A DNA stretch of 64,000 bases, from assembly GCA_964646525.1 (NCBI GenBank), contig CAZYER010000001.1, forward strand, positions 14,719 through 78,718. Reading direction: 5' to 3'. Shown in pieces: positions 19,762 to 32,900 of the stretch. The position numbers and the translations under genes were made by a program. The notes under the pieces were generated by a model that saw only the letters and a list, made by a program, of their open reading frames with translations, ran no database searches and was not told the origin of the DNA. The stretch comes from an uncultured Francisella sp. (GTDB lineage: Bacteria; Pseudomonadota; Gammaproteobacteria; Thiomicrospirales; Thiomicrospiraceae). The stretch's first letter is position 1, and every line of letters starts with the position of its first letter.

Positions 19762-20289
19762 ATGAATTGGCGACGCTTCATACCCACACAAGAAAGCTTA
19801 ATGAACAACCGTTGGTTGAAGTGGTTAACGCCATGGCTTGCCCATCCTAAATTATGGCATTGGTCGCGTCGGGGTGTGGCATTAGGCGTAGCCCTAGGGG
19901 TGTTTTTTGGCTTATTGATCCCTATTGCACAAATCCCCATTACCGCTGCCGCTGCTGTTATCTTACGTGCAAACCTACCCGTTGCCGCTGCAAGCACACT
20001 GGTTACCAACCCCGTTACCTTTGCCCCTGTCTATTATGGTGCTTATCAACTCGGCTCTTGGGTTACAGGAGATACCACACCGTTAGTGGATTTTGAAACC
20101 ATTGAACAACCATCAGAAACAGATGTTGAAAAAGGTTTTTTTGAAAGTATCCAAGCCTTGGGTAAACCTTTATTAGTTGGCTTATCCATCATCGCCAGTA
20201 TTGCTGGTATACTGACCTACTTCATTATTGATTTTTTATGGCGTTGGCGTACGGGTTCACGCTGGAAGAAACGCAATACCTCAAACTAA
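19762..20289 (+). CDS. DUF2062 family membrane protein; last codons and stop appear to be supplied by the adjacent IS remnant
   Basis: The N-terminus (RWLKWLTPWLAHPKLWHWSRRGVALGVALGVFFGLLIP) is typical of DUF2062, with multiple TM segments. Confidence 0.7.
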   Translation: MNWRRFIPTQESLMNNRWLKWLTPWLAHPKLWHWSRRGVALGVALGVFFGLLIPIAQIPITAAAAVILRANLPVAAASTLVTNPVTFAPVYYGAYQLGSWVTGDTTPLVDFETIEQPSETDVEKGFFESIQALGKPLLVGLSIIASIAGILTYFIIDFLWRWRTGSRWKKRNTSN

Positions 20290-20545
20290 TGGTATGGTTG
20301 AGCGATTTAATGGTAGGATATCAGCATTACTGGCAACGACACGATTTAACAGTTACGAACAGTTAGAAGACAAACTCATTGAGTATCTTAAACTGTACAA
20401 TCATCACATTGTGCAAAAGAACCTTGGGCATGTCACCCCGATTGCCAAACTCATGGCGTGGCAGAAAACCAACCCCGAGTTATTTGTTAAAAAAGTTTAT
20501 AATCAGTCGATACCCGACATGTTTAAGCATAAAAATGAAAAATAA
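20270..20545 (+). pseudogene. 3' fragment of a DDE (rve) transposase gene, IS481-family-like; the 5' two-thirds are missing (5' boundary approximate)
   Basis: Translation PQTNGMVERFNGRISALL...YNHHIVQKNLGHVTPIAKLMAWQKTNPELFVKK corresponds to the C-terminal end of integrase-core transposases. There is no catalytic DDE region and no upstream reading frame. Confidence 0.75.
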
Positions 20546-20638
20546 AGTTTAGATGAGATGTTATGTAGGAATAAGCGTTAAGTGTTTGAAAAGTGACAAA
20601 TAGTTAATGATAAACAGATAGATAACAAATCGTTGAAA

Positions 20639-20726
20639 TGGTGCCCGGGGCCGGAATCGAACCGGCACGCCGTTGTGGGGCGGCAGATTTTAAGTCTGCT
20701 GTGTCTACCGATTTCACCACCCGGGC
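20639..20726 (-). tRNA. tRNA-Leu (UAA)
   Basis: The reverse complement is GCCCGGGTGGTGAAATCGGTAGACACAGCAGACTTAAAATCTGC...GGGCACCA. It has a long variable arm and a CTTAAAA anticodon loop. Confidence 0.95.
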
Positions 20727-20747
20727 ATAGACATGATCTTCATTTTG

Positions 20748-20821
20748 TGGAGGCCGGACCCGGAATCGAACCGAGATTCATTGATTTGCAATCAAGTGTA
20801 TAACCACTCTACCATCCGGCC
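20748..20821 (-). tRNA. tRNA-Cys (GCA)
   Basis: The reverse complement is GGCCGGATGGTAGAGTGGTTATACACTTGATTGCAAATCAATGAATCTCGGTTCGATTCCGGGTCCGGCCTCCA. The anticodon loop is TTGCAAA. Confidence 0.93.
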
Positions 20822-20826
20822 CATCT

Positions 20827-20902
20827 TGGAGCGGGATAAGAGACTCGAACTCTCGACCCTAACCTTGGCAAGGTTATGCTCTACCAACTGAGCTAATCCC
20901 GC
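20827..20902 (-). tRNA. tRNA-Gly (GCC), copy 3
   Basis: Identical to the two copies at 17.5-17.9 kb. The Gly-Cys-Leu order equals that of E. coli glyW-cysT-leuZ. Confidence 0.97.
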
Positions 20903-20919
20903 ATCAAAATGAAGTCTCT

Positions 20920-20948
20920 ATTATGAAGGATGAAGCGCCCTTAGTCAA
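20920..20948 (-). promoter_or_regulatory. Putative sigma70 promoter of the tRNA Gly-Cys-Leu operon (TTGACT-N17-CATAAT)
   Basis: The minus strand reads CTTGACTAAGGGCGCTTCATCCTTCATAAT. The -35 overlaps the yjgA stop codon and the -10 ends 17 nt upstream of the tRNA-Gly 5' end. Confidence 0.6.
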
Positions 20949-21539
20949 GGCTTTCATCGCTATTTTCTTCATAATCGTCACTCGCGTTTGGCGTTGAAAA
21001 CTGGGTAGGATCGTGTAACGCTTTGAGCATCTTAAATAAAAGTCGTGCGTGCTTAGGCGCTTTGCTCTGCTCTTTTTCAAGCCGTGCTAAGCGAATCGTT
21101 TGTCTAAACTCTTGACGATCAGCGTGAGGAAAAACTTCCAACAAATCACCCAATACCGCATCACCCTCAGCAATTAAACGATCACGCCATTGTTCACATC
21201 GGTGATGCATGGATACCGCTTGTTTAGAATCACCATGCACCAAACCCAGTGTTACTTCAATTTGCTCTGCCCAGTCTTCTTGTCGAATACGTTTACCTAA
21301 ATAATTGCGTTGACGACGGTAACCAGGACCAAAGCTCATTTTTTTCATCATAGCCAAACCCGATAAAAAATCTTCGTCGAAGAAGCCGAATTTTTTCAAC
21401 TGGTCTTTGCTTAACTCAAGTAATTCGGGCACCAAATCCGTTTGTGCTTTCGCCTCTCGTTTTTGGGCAGAGCGACTGGGACGTCCGTCACCATAAAACT
21501 CATCATCGGATAGTGAAGTGTCGTTACTGGCATGCTTTT

Positions 21540-21543
<4 letters not shown>
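20941..21543 (-). CDS. yjgA: Ribosome-associated protein YjgA (DUF615, DarP)
   Basis: 200 aa with a charged N-terminus (RPSRSAQKREAKAQ) and a helical body typical of YjgA. It has a 4-nt overlap with the upstream gene. Confidence 0.75.
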
Positions 21544-24979
<3,436 letters not shown>

Positions 24980-25840
24980 TTAAAAAGTGAGACTTTGGGC
25001 GTACTCACGCATGGCTTTCAAATCAGACTCTTTAATTAAATGACGCTGAGCATCGTAGAGCTTAGCACTTAAGTTCTGCGACACCTTGCGTGCCACGGTA
25101 ATAAACTCATCCATCGCACGATAAGGGGTAATCGCATTAGGTAATTCAAGCACCAAAGCCACACCAGGCGACTCAAAATCCGCATCGTCAACCGCTGGAA
25201 AATAACCTGGCTCAACCACATTAGCAATACGGAAAATTATGTTACCGTTAGCATCTTGCTTCACATAGGTACCATCATGATGAAAATTCAGACGTGAAGC
25301 CTCCATAGCAACATGAAGTTGTTTGCGCGTAAATTTAGCTGATGCCGATAATACCAACAGGGCAAAAAGCTGTTGTTGTGGTGCCTCGGTTGGCGTGGGC
25401 TGATGCACAACAGATGAAGCCTGACTCATCACTGGCACTTCATAAGCAGGCGCTTCACTCATGCGAGCTGACAAAGCATCAACTTCAGAAACAGATGAAA
25501 TCACTGCTGAGGTTGGCGCTGGAGTCACATCAGGCTCAGCAAATAAAGGCGCCTGTTGTGCTGTCGTAGACACAAGCTCAGGAGATTTCACCATCGGCTC
25601 GCGCGGTAACATACCTTCTTTGGTCGTTTGCGCTAAGCGAGTTGCAGACGGTGTAATAGGCGCGTCATTACGTTTGATCGGAGTAACCTCGTAACCTTCT
25701 TCTTCGGGGGTTTCTGCTGGTAAAGACTCTTTACGATAGGCGCGTTGGATGGGTTCATTCTTACTCTTTTTTCCCCACCAGTACAAACTACCGACAAACA
25801 CCACCGCACACACGATTAAGATAATCTGTAATTCAGTCAT
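24980..25840 (-). CDS. zipA: Cell division protein ZipA
   Basis: N-terminal TM anchor, a P/Q/T-rich linker and a C-terminal FtsZ-binding domain. It lies immediately upstream of ligA, as in E. coli. Confidence 0.85.
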   Translation of the reverse strand: MTELQIILIVCAVVFVGSLYWWGKKSKNEPIQRAYRKESLPAETPEEEGYEVTPIKRNDAPITPSATRLAQTTKEGMLPREPMVKSPELVSTTAQQAPLFAEPDVTPAPTSAVISSVSEVDALSARMSEAPAYEVPVMSQASSVVHQPTPTEAPQQQLFALLVLSASAKFTRKQLHVAMEASRLNFHHDGTYVKQDANGNIIFRIANVVEPGYFPAVDDADFESPGVALVLELPNAITPYRAMDEFITVARKVSQNLSAKLYDAQRHLIKESDLKAMREYAQSLTF

Positions 25841-25967
25841 TCATCTCTCCAAGACTGTCTGTGCAGCCACCAATTCTGTCTGACGGACATTGCCCGTCAT
25901 TTTGCTATAAAATTATTACTATTCTACAATATTATGCGTCATAACGACGGTTATTGGAGACAAAAAG

Positions 25968-27272
25968 TTGACACAGCCAATGAATTCAGCACACCAGATG
26001 GCAATTGGCATCGACTGCGGCACCTCTGGTATCCGTGCTGTGGCAGTCAACGCCTGCCAACAGATACTAGCCGAAAGTGCTTTAGCACTGACTGATCAAA
26101 CACCAGAGCATTGGTGGCAAACCACTCTTTCCGTGTTAGATAATTTGTTTAACCAATTGCATCAAACAATTGATTTAACCGTCTATCAAGTCGCCATCAG
26201 TCTCGATGCCACTTCATCTAGTCTTTTTCTAATCAGTCGTAATGGCATACCACTAACGCCTGTACTCATGTACTACGATGCCTGCCCAAACATGGCCAGC
26301 GTCATTCGTACCCAACTCAGTTCAAGTTCTGGGGCACAAGGAACGCAAAGCAGCTTAGCCAAGGCATTAACCTTGGCTGACTCATTAACAAAACAAATCC
26401 ATCACAGTCAGCATTGGTTAGTCTGCCATCAAGCCGACTGGCTTCTCTATCAACTCAGTGGTCAACTGGGCATTAGTGATGAAAACAATTGCTTGAAATT
26501 GGGCTACGATCCCGTCCTACAACAATGGGAAGAAGCGACAGTGGACTTGCTAGGTCAAGCACATTTACCTAAAGTGTTTGCGCCTGCAACAGTCATTGGT
26601 GATCTCAAAGCTTCCTTGCGCGCACGTTGGCAACTACCCACCTCAACGCAACTAGCCTGTGGAACCACCGACAGTATTGCAGCATTTTTAGCCACAGGTG
26701 CTAACAGTCCGGGGGATGCCGTGATTTCTCTGGGCAGCACCCTTGCCTTCAAACTGCTAACACATCAGCCCTACTTTGATGCTGAAAAAGGGATTTACAG
26801 TCATCGCTTATGGAATCAATGGTTGGTAGGCGGTGCTTCTAATGCCGGTGGAGCTTGTTTACTCGAAGCATTTGAACTATCACAGCTACACATACTGGCT
26901 CAACAACCTTTAATTCAACCGTCACCACTACCAGACTACTATCCTCTGCCCACCCAACGCTGTGGCGAGCGCTTTCCTGTTAACAATCCCTATCTGTGTG
27001 CGCAAGGCTTGCCCCATACATTCAACGCTTCTGAACGCTTTAGCACATTGGTGCATGGATTAGTAGCGATTGAACAACTCGGCTGGCAACGACTCAGTGA
27101 AGGATGTGAGCAACCCATCTCTCGGCTTTATGCCTGTGGCGGTGGAAATAAAAATCCCGCTTGGGCGGGATTAAGAAAAGCGACATTAACGATGCCGCAC
27201 TGGCAATCTATTTCTGAACAAGCCGCCGTCGGTGCAGCCATGCTAGCGCTAAAATCTTTATTTAGACAATAG
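25968..27272 (+). CDS. FGGY-family carbohydrate kinase
   Basis: Actin-like ATPase motif GIDCGTSGIRAV at the N-terminus and a C-terminal GGGNKNPAW motif. The substrate is not inferable. Confidence 0.7.
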   Translation: MTQPMNSAHQMAIGIDCGTSGIRAVAVNACQQILAESALALTDQTPEHWWQTTLSVLDNLFNQLHQTIDLTVYQVAISLDATSSSLFLISRNGIPLTPVLMYYDACPNMASVIRTQLSSSSGAQGTQSSLAKALTLADSLTKQIHHSQHWLVCHQADWLLYQLSGQLGISDENNCLKLGYDPVLQQWEEATVDLLGQAHLPKVFAPATVIGDLKASLRARWQLPTSTQLACGTTDSIAAFLATGANSPGDAVISLGSTLAFKLLTHQPYFDAEKGIYSHRLWNQWLVGGASNAGGACLLEAFELSQLHILAQQPLIQPSPLPDYYPLPTQRCGERFPVNNPYLCAQGLPHTFNASERFSTLVHGLVAIEQLGWQRLSEGCEQPISRLYACGGGNKNPAWAGLRKATLTMPHWQSISEQAAVGAAMLALKSLFRQ

Positions 27273-27273
27273 C

Positions 27274-28032
27274 CTATCGGATATGACGAGCGTGCAAACT
27301 TCTTAATGCTGCCACATCAACATAGTTTCCTTTCATTTGACCAGCCAATACCTGCATAGGGCTGTTGGATTCACCTAAATCGCTCAGCACCAGCGCGGCC
27401 AGTGAAAAATCATCGTGCAGAGTGTAACCGTTAACGGTAATGAGCGTTTTGATACCAGCACGGGTTGCCGATTGCACGCCATTGTAGGAATCTTCAAACG
27501 CTAAACAATCTGAAGCGCGCAAATTCATCTTTTCTAACGCATAGTGATAAATATCGGGTGCAGGTTTTTTCGCTGGCACAATATCGCCTGCTGCGATCAC
27601 TTCGAACCAATCAATACTTTGAGCACCTAACGTATGCGTCAACAATGCGGTCACATTTGCTGGCGTGGTTGTCGTGGCAATAGCCAATTTTAACCCTGCT
27701 GAACGCGCTTCATGAATCAATCGTTCAACCCCTTTTCTTAACGGAATCTTTCCTTGAGACAAAAGTTGGGTATAAATTTCCGTTTTTTTCGCCTGCAATT
27801 GCACAATACGTTCCGGCATGGTGTCGTTCCATTCATTCGGACGATGCCTTTTCAAAAAGTGCGTCATCCGTTCTTTTCCGCCGGTCACGGCCAACAACTC
27901 ACCGTAAAGCGCTTCATCCCACTGCCAATCTAATCCCGCATCCGCAAAGGCCATGTTAAACGCAATGCGGTGACCATCTCTTTCCGTGTCTGCTAAGGTT
28001 CCATCTACATCAAAAATCAAAGCTCGTAACAT
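27274..28032 (-). CDS. cbbY: CbbY-type HAD phosphatase
   Basis: ALIFDVDGTLADTERDGHRIAFNMAF..GLDWQWDEALYGELL..TGGKERM parallels Rhodobacter CbbY almost motif for motif. Confidence 0.7.
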   Translation of the reverse strand: MLRALIFDVDGTLADTERDGHRIAFNMAFADAGLDWQWDEALYGELLAVTGGKERMTHFLKRHRPNEWNDTMPERIVQLQAKKTEIYTQLLSQGKIPLRKGVERLIHEARSAGLKLAIATTTTPANVTALLTHTLGAQSIDWFEVIAAGDIVPAKKPAPDIYHYALEKMNLRASDCLAFEDSYNGVQSATRAGIKTLITVNGYTLHDDFSLAALVLSDLGESNSPMQVLAGQMKGNYVDVAALRSLHARHIR

Positions 28033-28105
28033 CGTTTATTTTTTCCATAATTAGCCACAAAGATGTGGACTCTATCATATTTTGGTGACAAATCCCACTA
28101 AAGAC

Positions 28106-28134
28106 TTGTCAGTTGTGGGGAAAACTGTTATAAA
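28106..28134 (+). promoter_or_regulatory. Putative sigma70 promoter of dksA (TTGTCA-N17-TATAAA)
   Basis: Hexamers read directly from the sequence, about 40 nt upstream of the dksA start. Confidence 0.4.
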
Positions 28135-28176
28135 TCGCCTCCTAATTTGCTTGCCCAACCAAAGGGGATTGAACAC

Positions 28177-28608
28177 ATGTCATCGACTCAACCAAAATTT
28201 TTAGAAGATTACCCAGCTTATCAGCCTGAACCGGGCGAAGAGTACATGAGTCCGAGAATGCTGGAGCATTTCCGCAATAAACTACTCTGGTGGAAAGAGC
28301 AACTGTTAGAAGAGATGAACGCTACCATCAATCATCTTAAAGAAGACTCTGCCATGCCTGCTGATCCTAATGATCGCGCCAGTCAAGAAGAGGAATTTAG
28401 TCTTGAATTGCGTACCCGTGACCGTGAACGCAAGCTAATTGCTAAGGTAGAATCAACACTCAAACGTATTGATGAAGGTGATTTCGGTTACTGTGTTATC
28501 ACTGGTGAAGAAATTGGCTTAGAACGACTAGAAGCGCGTCCAACAGCTACCATGACGGTTGAAGCCAAAGCCATGCAAGAATTGCGTGAAAAACAAGGCG
28601 TTGCTTAA
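28177..28608 (+). CDS. dksA: RNA polymerase-binding transcription factor DksA (one-cysteine variant)
   Basis: Coiled-coil tip DRASQEEEFSLELRTRDRERKL and a C-terminal FGYC...LEARPTA. A GGGGA RBS precedes the ATG at 28177. Confidence 0.9.
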   Translation: MSSTQPKFLEDYPAYQPEPGEEYMSPRMLEHFRNKLLWWKEQLLEEMNATINHLKEDSAMPADPNDRASQEEEFSLELRTRDRERKLIAKVESTLKRIDEGDFGYCVITGEEIGLERLEARPTATMTVEAKAMQELREKQGVA

Positions 28609-28613
28609 CGCGT

Positions 28614-29507
28614 TTGTCTAAACAACTACACCATAATCAACCGACGGGGCGCTTCGCCCCATCTCCGACTGGAGACCTTCATTTGGGTTCTCTGGTTGCT
28701 GCTACTGCAAGTTACTTGAACGTTAAGCAACAACAAGGGCGTTGGTTGCTGCGTATAGACGACATTGATACACCGCGTGTCGTTTCAGGTAGTCAAGACC
28801 GCATTTGTCGCCAACTCGAAGCCTATGGCTTTGAATGGGATCAGCTCATCATTCAATCGCAGCGATTAGCCCATTATGAAGCAGCTTTAGCTGAGCTTGC
28901 TCAACAGGGGATGCTGTACGAATGCGACTGCACACGCAAACATATCCAACAGCGACTAGGCAGAAGTGGATACTATGATAATTTTTGTCGCCATCGTCAA
29001 CTAAAAGGCAGCATCCACAACAGTATTCGCGTTATAACCCCAAATACACCTTGGAGTTACCAAGATGCTATTCAAGGTAGGCAAGTGTTTGATTGGCAAT
29101 GTCAAAGCGGCGATTTTATCGTTAAACGTGCCGATCGTATTTTTGCTTACCATTTAGTGGCAGCTGTCGATGATAGCGAAGAAAACATTACTGAAGTTAT
29201 TCGCGGTGCCGATTTAATCAGCTCCACAGCACCACAACAATACCTGCAGCAATGTTTAAAACGCTCCAGTCCACTTTATGGACATCATCCTCTAGTTGTA
29301 GACAGTCAAAGCAAGATCAAGCTTTCTAAAGCCTCACAAGCGCCTGCACTAAAACCAGAAGATGCCGTGAGTAATTTATTTGATGTGCTCACTTTTCTCA
29401 ATCAATACCCGCCTAGCGAACTCAAAAAGGGAAAGCTTAATGAACTTTGGTATTGGGCAATTACGCATTGGTCGATCAAAAAACTAATCCCTCAAATGAG
29501 GGACTAA
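28614..29507 (+). CDS. gluQ: tRNA glutamyl-Q(34) synthetase
   Basis: Truncated GluRS paralog (297 aa, no anticodon-binding domain) with FAPSPTGDLHLGS. It lies directly after dksA, as in E. coli. The apparent start codon is TTG. Confidence 0.88.
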   Translation: MSKQLHHNQPTGRFAPSPTGDLHLGSLVAATASYLNVKQQQGRWLLRIDDIDTPRVVSGSQDRICRQLEAYGFEWDQLIIQSQRLAHYEAALAELAQQGMLYECDCTRKHIQQRLGRSGYYDNFCRHRQLKGSIHNSIRVITPNTPWSYQDAIQGRQVFDWQCQSGDFIVKRADRIFAYHLVAAVDDSEENITEVIRGADLISSTAPQQYLQQCLKRSSPLYGHHPLVVDSQSKIKLSKASQAPALKPEDAVSNLFDVLTFLNQYPPSELKKGKLNELWYWAITHWSIKKLIPQMRD

Positions 29508-29526
29508 TTTTATGTAGCTGATGATT

Positions 29527-29895
29527 TTAACTGGCATGGAACATGGGGGGGTCATCCACCACATCAATCTTTTCGTCTAAACGAATGACCCGACCAATGT
29601 CTGTGACCCAAACCATCCCATCGCCTTTCTGTCCGGTACTGGCGCATTCAGCAATAATCTGCAAAATACCCTCAACTAAGTGATCGGGCGATAAAATAAT
29701 GACCATCATTTTATTGCTGTAATCATTTAGTTCGTCGAAGGGATCTTCCTTCTTCTGTGGACGAAATTTCTCATTACCTGTACACCCTTGAACCTTCATC
29801 ACCGTCATACCGGGAAACTGCTTCAAGTTACGAAAGGCACTACGCATTTTTTCAATACGCGTCGGCTGAACAACGGCTTTAATCTCTTTCATCAA
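29527..29895 (-). CDS. P-II (GlnB-like) family protein, last gene of the czc operon
   Basis: It aligns by eye to GlnB: MKEIKAVVQP..GMTV.KVQG and TGQKGDGMVWVTDIGRVIRL match TGKIGDGKIFV..V.RVIRI. The T-loop is divergent and lacks the canonical Tyr context. Confidence 0.75.
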   Translation of the reverse strand: MMKEIKAVVQPTRIEKMRSAFRNLKQFPGMTVMKVQGCTGNEKFRPQKKEDPFDELNDYSNKMMVIILSPDHLVEGILQIIAECASTGQKGDGMVWVTDIGRVIRLDEKIDVVDDPPMFHAS

Positions 29896-29907
29896 TCACT
29901 CCTCGGC

Positions 29908-32900
29908 TTAGGCTTCGTGGCGCGGTTCTTCAAAAAAACGATACAAGGTCGGTAACACCACCAAGGTCAGTAATGTTGAGGTTATTAGTCCCCCAATCAC
30001 CACAATCGCCAAAGGCTTTTGTACTTCTGAGCCTGGACCCGTGGCAAATAAGAAAGGAATCAAACCTAACATAGCTACCGTGGCCGTCATCATTACCGGT
30101 CGAAAACGCTGTTGACAAGCTTCCTTCAGGGCTTCTACGCGCTCTTTACCCTCTTCGATCAAACTGCGAATGTAAGACACCAGTACCACCCCGTTCAGTA
30201 CGGCAATCCCCCAAAGAGCAATAAAACCGACCGATGCGGGAACTGACAGGTACTCACCCGTTATCCACAGCGCAATGATGCCGCCCACAGAAGCAAAAGG
30301 CAGCACGAGCATAATTAAGCTAGCCATGCGTAACGAACTGAATAACAGGAACAGTAAGAAGAAAATGGCCGCTACCGTAATGGGGATAATGATCATCAAA
30401 TGATTCATTGCACGCTCCATATTTTGGAACTGACCACCCCATTCGTAGTAATAACCTTCGGGTAGTTTTACCTGAACACTCACTTTCTGCTGTAATTCGG
30501 CGACAAAACCACCCAAATCGCGATCAGCGACGTTAATACCAATAACAATACGACGCTTAGCATTTTCACGACTAATCTGAGCTGGACCATCACGTACTTC
30601 AACATCAGCTAACTCACGTAAAGGCACTTTAGCGCCATTCGGTGAAATCAGCTGAATATCGCGAATCGCCTCAACATCATTACGATAATCGACTGGGAAA
30701 CGTAGCACCATATTAAAACGACGCTCTCCCTCGTAAATTTGTGTCGCCACTTTACCACCAATGGCCGTTTCAATAATCGCTTGAACATCGGCCACATTTA
30801 AGCCATGTCGCGCAATAATTTTACGATGAATATCCACATCTAAATATTGTTGACCTGTCACGCGCTCAACACGTATATCTTGTGATCCTTGAATGGCAGA
30901 AGCAACCTTAGCAATTTCATCGGCTTTTTTCTTCAACAAAATAAGATCATCACCGAAAATTTTCACTGCAACGTCGGCCTTAACCCCTGTTACCATTTCA
31001 TCAACACGATCTGAAATGGGCTGAGCCATAACGATTTGTGAACCGTGCAAATTGGCAAGTTTTTCACGCATTTTGTTAGTAATCGTGTCTTGCGTCCAAC
31101 CCTCCGGCCATTGATCTCGTGGCAATAATGAAACGATAGGTGTCGACTCATTTTGCGCTTGAGGATCGGCAGGGCTTTCACCGCGACCCAAGCCTGAAAT
31201 AGCCGACTTGACACCTGGAACTTCCATGATCAAGCGCATGGCTTCTTTTTCAATTTCAATCGATTCTTCCAAGCTAATATTAGGCAAACGGAATACACCA
31301 GGAACAATTGAACCTTCCTTCATTTCTGGAATGAAAGCGGTGCCCAAAGAGCCAAATAAACTAAAGGTCGCAACCAACAAAGCCAAGGCTGCTCCAATCA
31401 CTTTTTTCTCATTACTCAAAGCCCAATTGAGCATTTTGGTGTAGGGTTTCTTTAAGAAAGCCACTAAACGCGTATCATGCTCGGCGCCACCTTTTAGCAT
31501 ATAAGAAGCTAACACAGGTGTTAAGGTTAGTGACAACACCAAAGATACAGTCAAAGCAATGGCAATGGTATAGGCTAAAGGAGCAAACATTTTCCCTTCC
31601 ATGCCTTCCAGTGTCATGAGCGGCAAGAACACCAAAATAATAATACCGACACCAAAAACCACAGGTGTCGCTACTTCACTGGCGGCATTAAAAATGACGC
31701 GAATACGACTTTCGTGCTTATTAGCCAGATCACCCAAGCGTGCATAGGCATTTTCAACCACCACTACTGAGCCATCCACCATTAAACCAATGGCAATCGC
31801 CAGCCCTCCTAGTGACATAAGGTTAGCGGATAAGTCCACTTCATTCATAATAAAGAAGGTAATTAATGGCGTGAGTAATAAGGTTCCGACCACGATTAAT
31901 GAGGAGCGCAGATCACCCAAGAAAAGCACGACAATAATAATAACGAACACAATGGCTTCTAACAGTACCTTAATTACCGTAAATAAGGCAGCATCAACCA
32001 ATTCACTGCGGTCGTAATAGGGCACAATTTTTAGGCCATCGGGCAACATACCTGAATCATTAATTTCTTTAACGCGATTTTGAATACGACTGACGACTTC
32101 CTTAGCGTTACCGCCACGAATCATCATAACAATACCACCAACGGCTTCGGTGGTACCGTTTTGAATGACGGCCCCAACCCGCACGGCATGACCGATTTCA
32201 ACCCTAGCAACATCTCGGATATAAACCGGAATACCATCGACTTCTTTCAAGACGATATTGCCAATATCATCTAAATCTTCAATTAAACCTAGCCCACGCA
32301 CCAAATACTGTTCGGCATGTTGCTGTAAAATACCGCCGCTGGCATTGGCATTATTTTTTTCTAGCGCTTCCAAAACGTCCGTTAGGCTAATTTGATAATG
32401 CATTAAACGCGTTGGATCCGCCAATACGTGATATTCGCGTTGATAACCACCTTGCGAGTTAATTTCGGCAACACCTGGAATGCCACGTAATAAAGGACGC
32501 ACTACCCAGTCTTGCACCGTACGACGTGCCATTAATACTTCTTGCGATAATTCACCCGCTTTGTCATCCCCTTCGGCATTTAGGGTATATTGATAAACTT
32601 CACCCAAACCGGTAGAAACTGGACCCAATACGGGTGTAACTCCGACTGGTAACTTATCCTTCACCTCCATCATGCGTTCCATGACCAATTGGCGCGCAAA
32701 ATAAACGTCAGTATCGTCATTAAAGACTAAGGTAATTAATGAAAGACCATTTTTATTCAGCGAACGCAACTCCTCTAATCCTGGCAAGCCCGTCATGGCA
32801 ATTTCTAAGGGAACAGTAATCAGGCGCTCTACTTCATCGGGCGACTTACCGGCAGCATCCGTTGCAATTTGAACCTGAATATTGGTGACATCGGGGAAAG

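Noticed and set aside
20546-20726. Genomic island integrated at the tRNA-Leu 3' end (and likewise at the ssrA 3' end, 60458-60516)
   Set aside because: No integrase gene, no duplicated tRNA or tmRNA 3' segment, and no block of foreign genes is present. Only the IS stump remains on the tRNA-Leu side, and clpA abuts ssrA directly.
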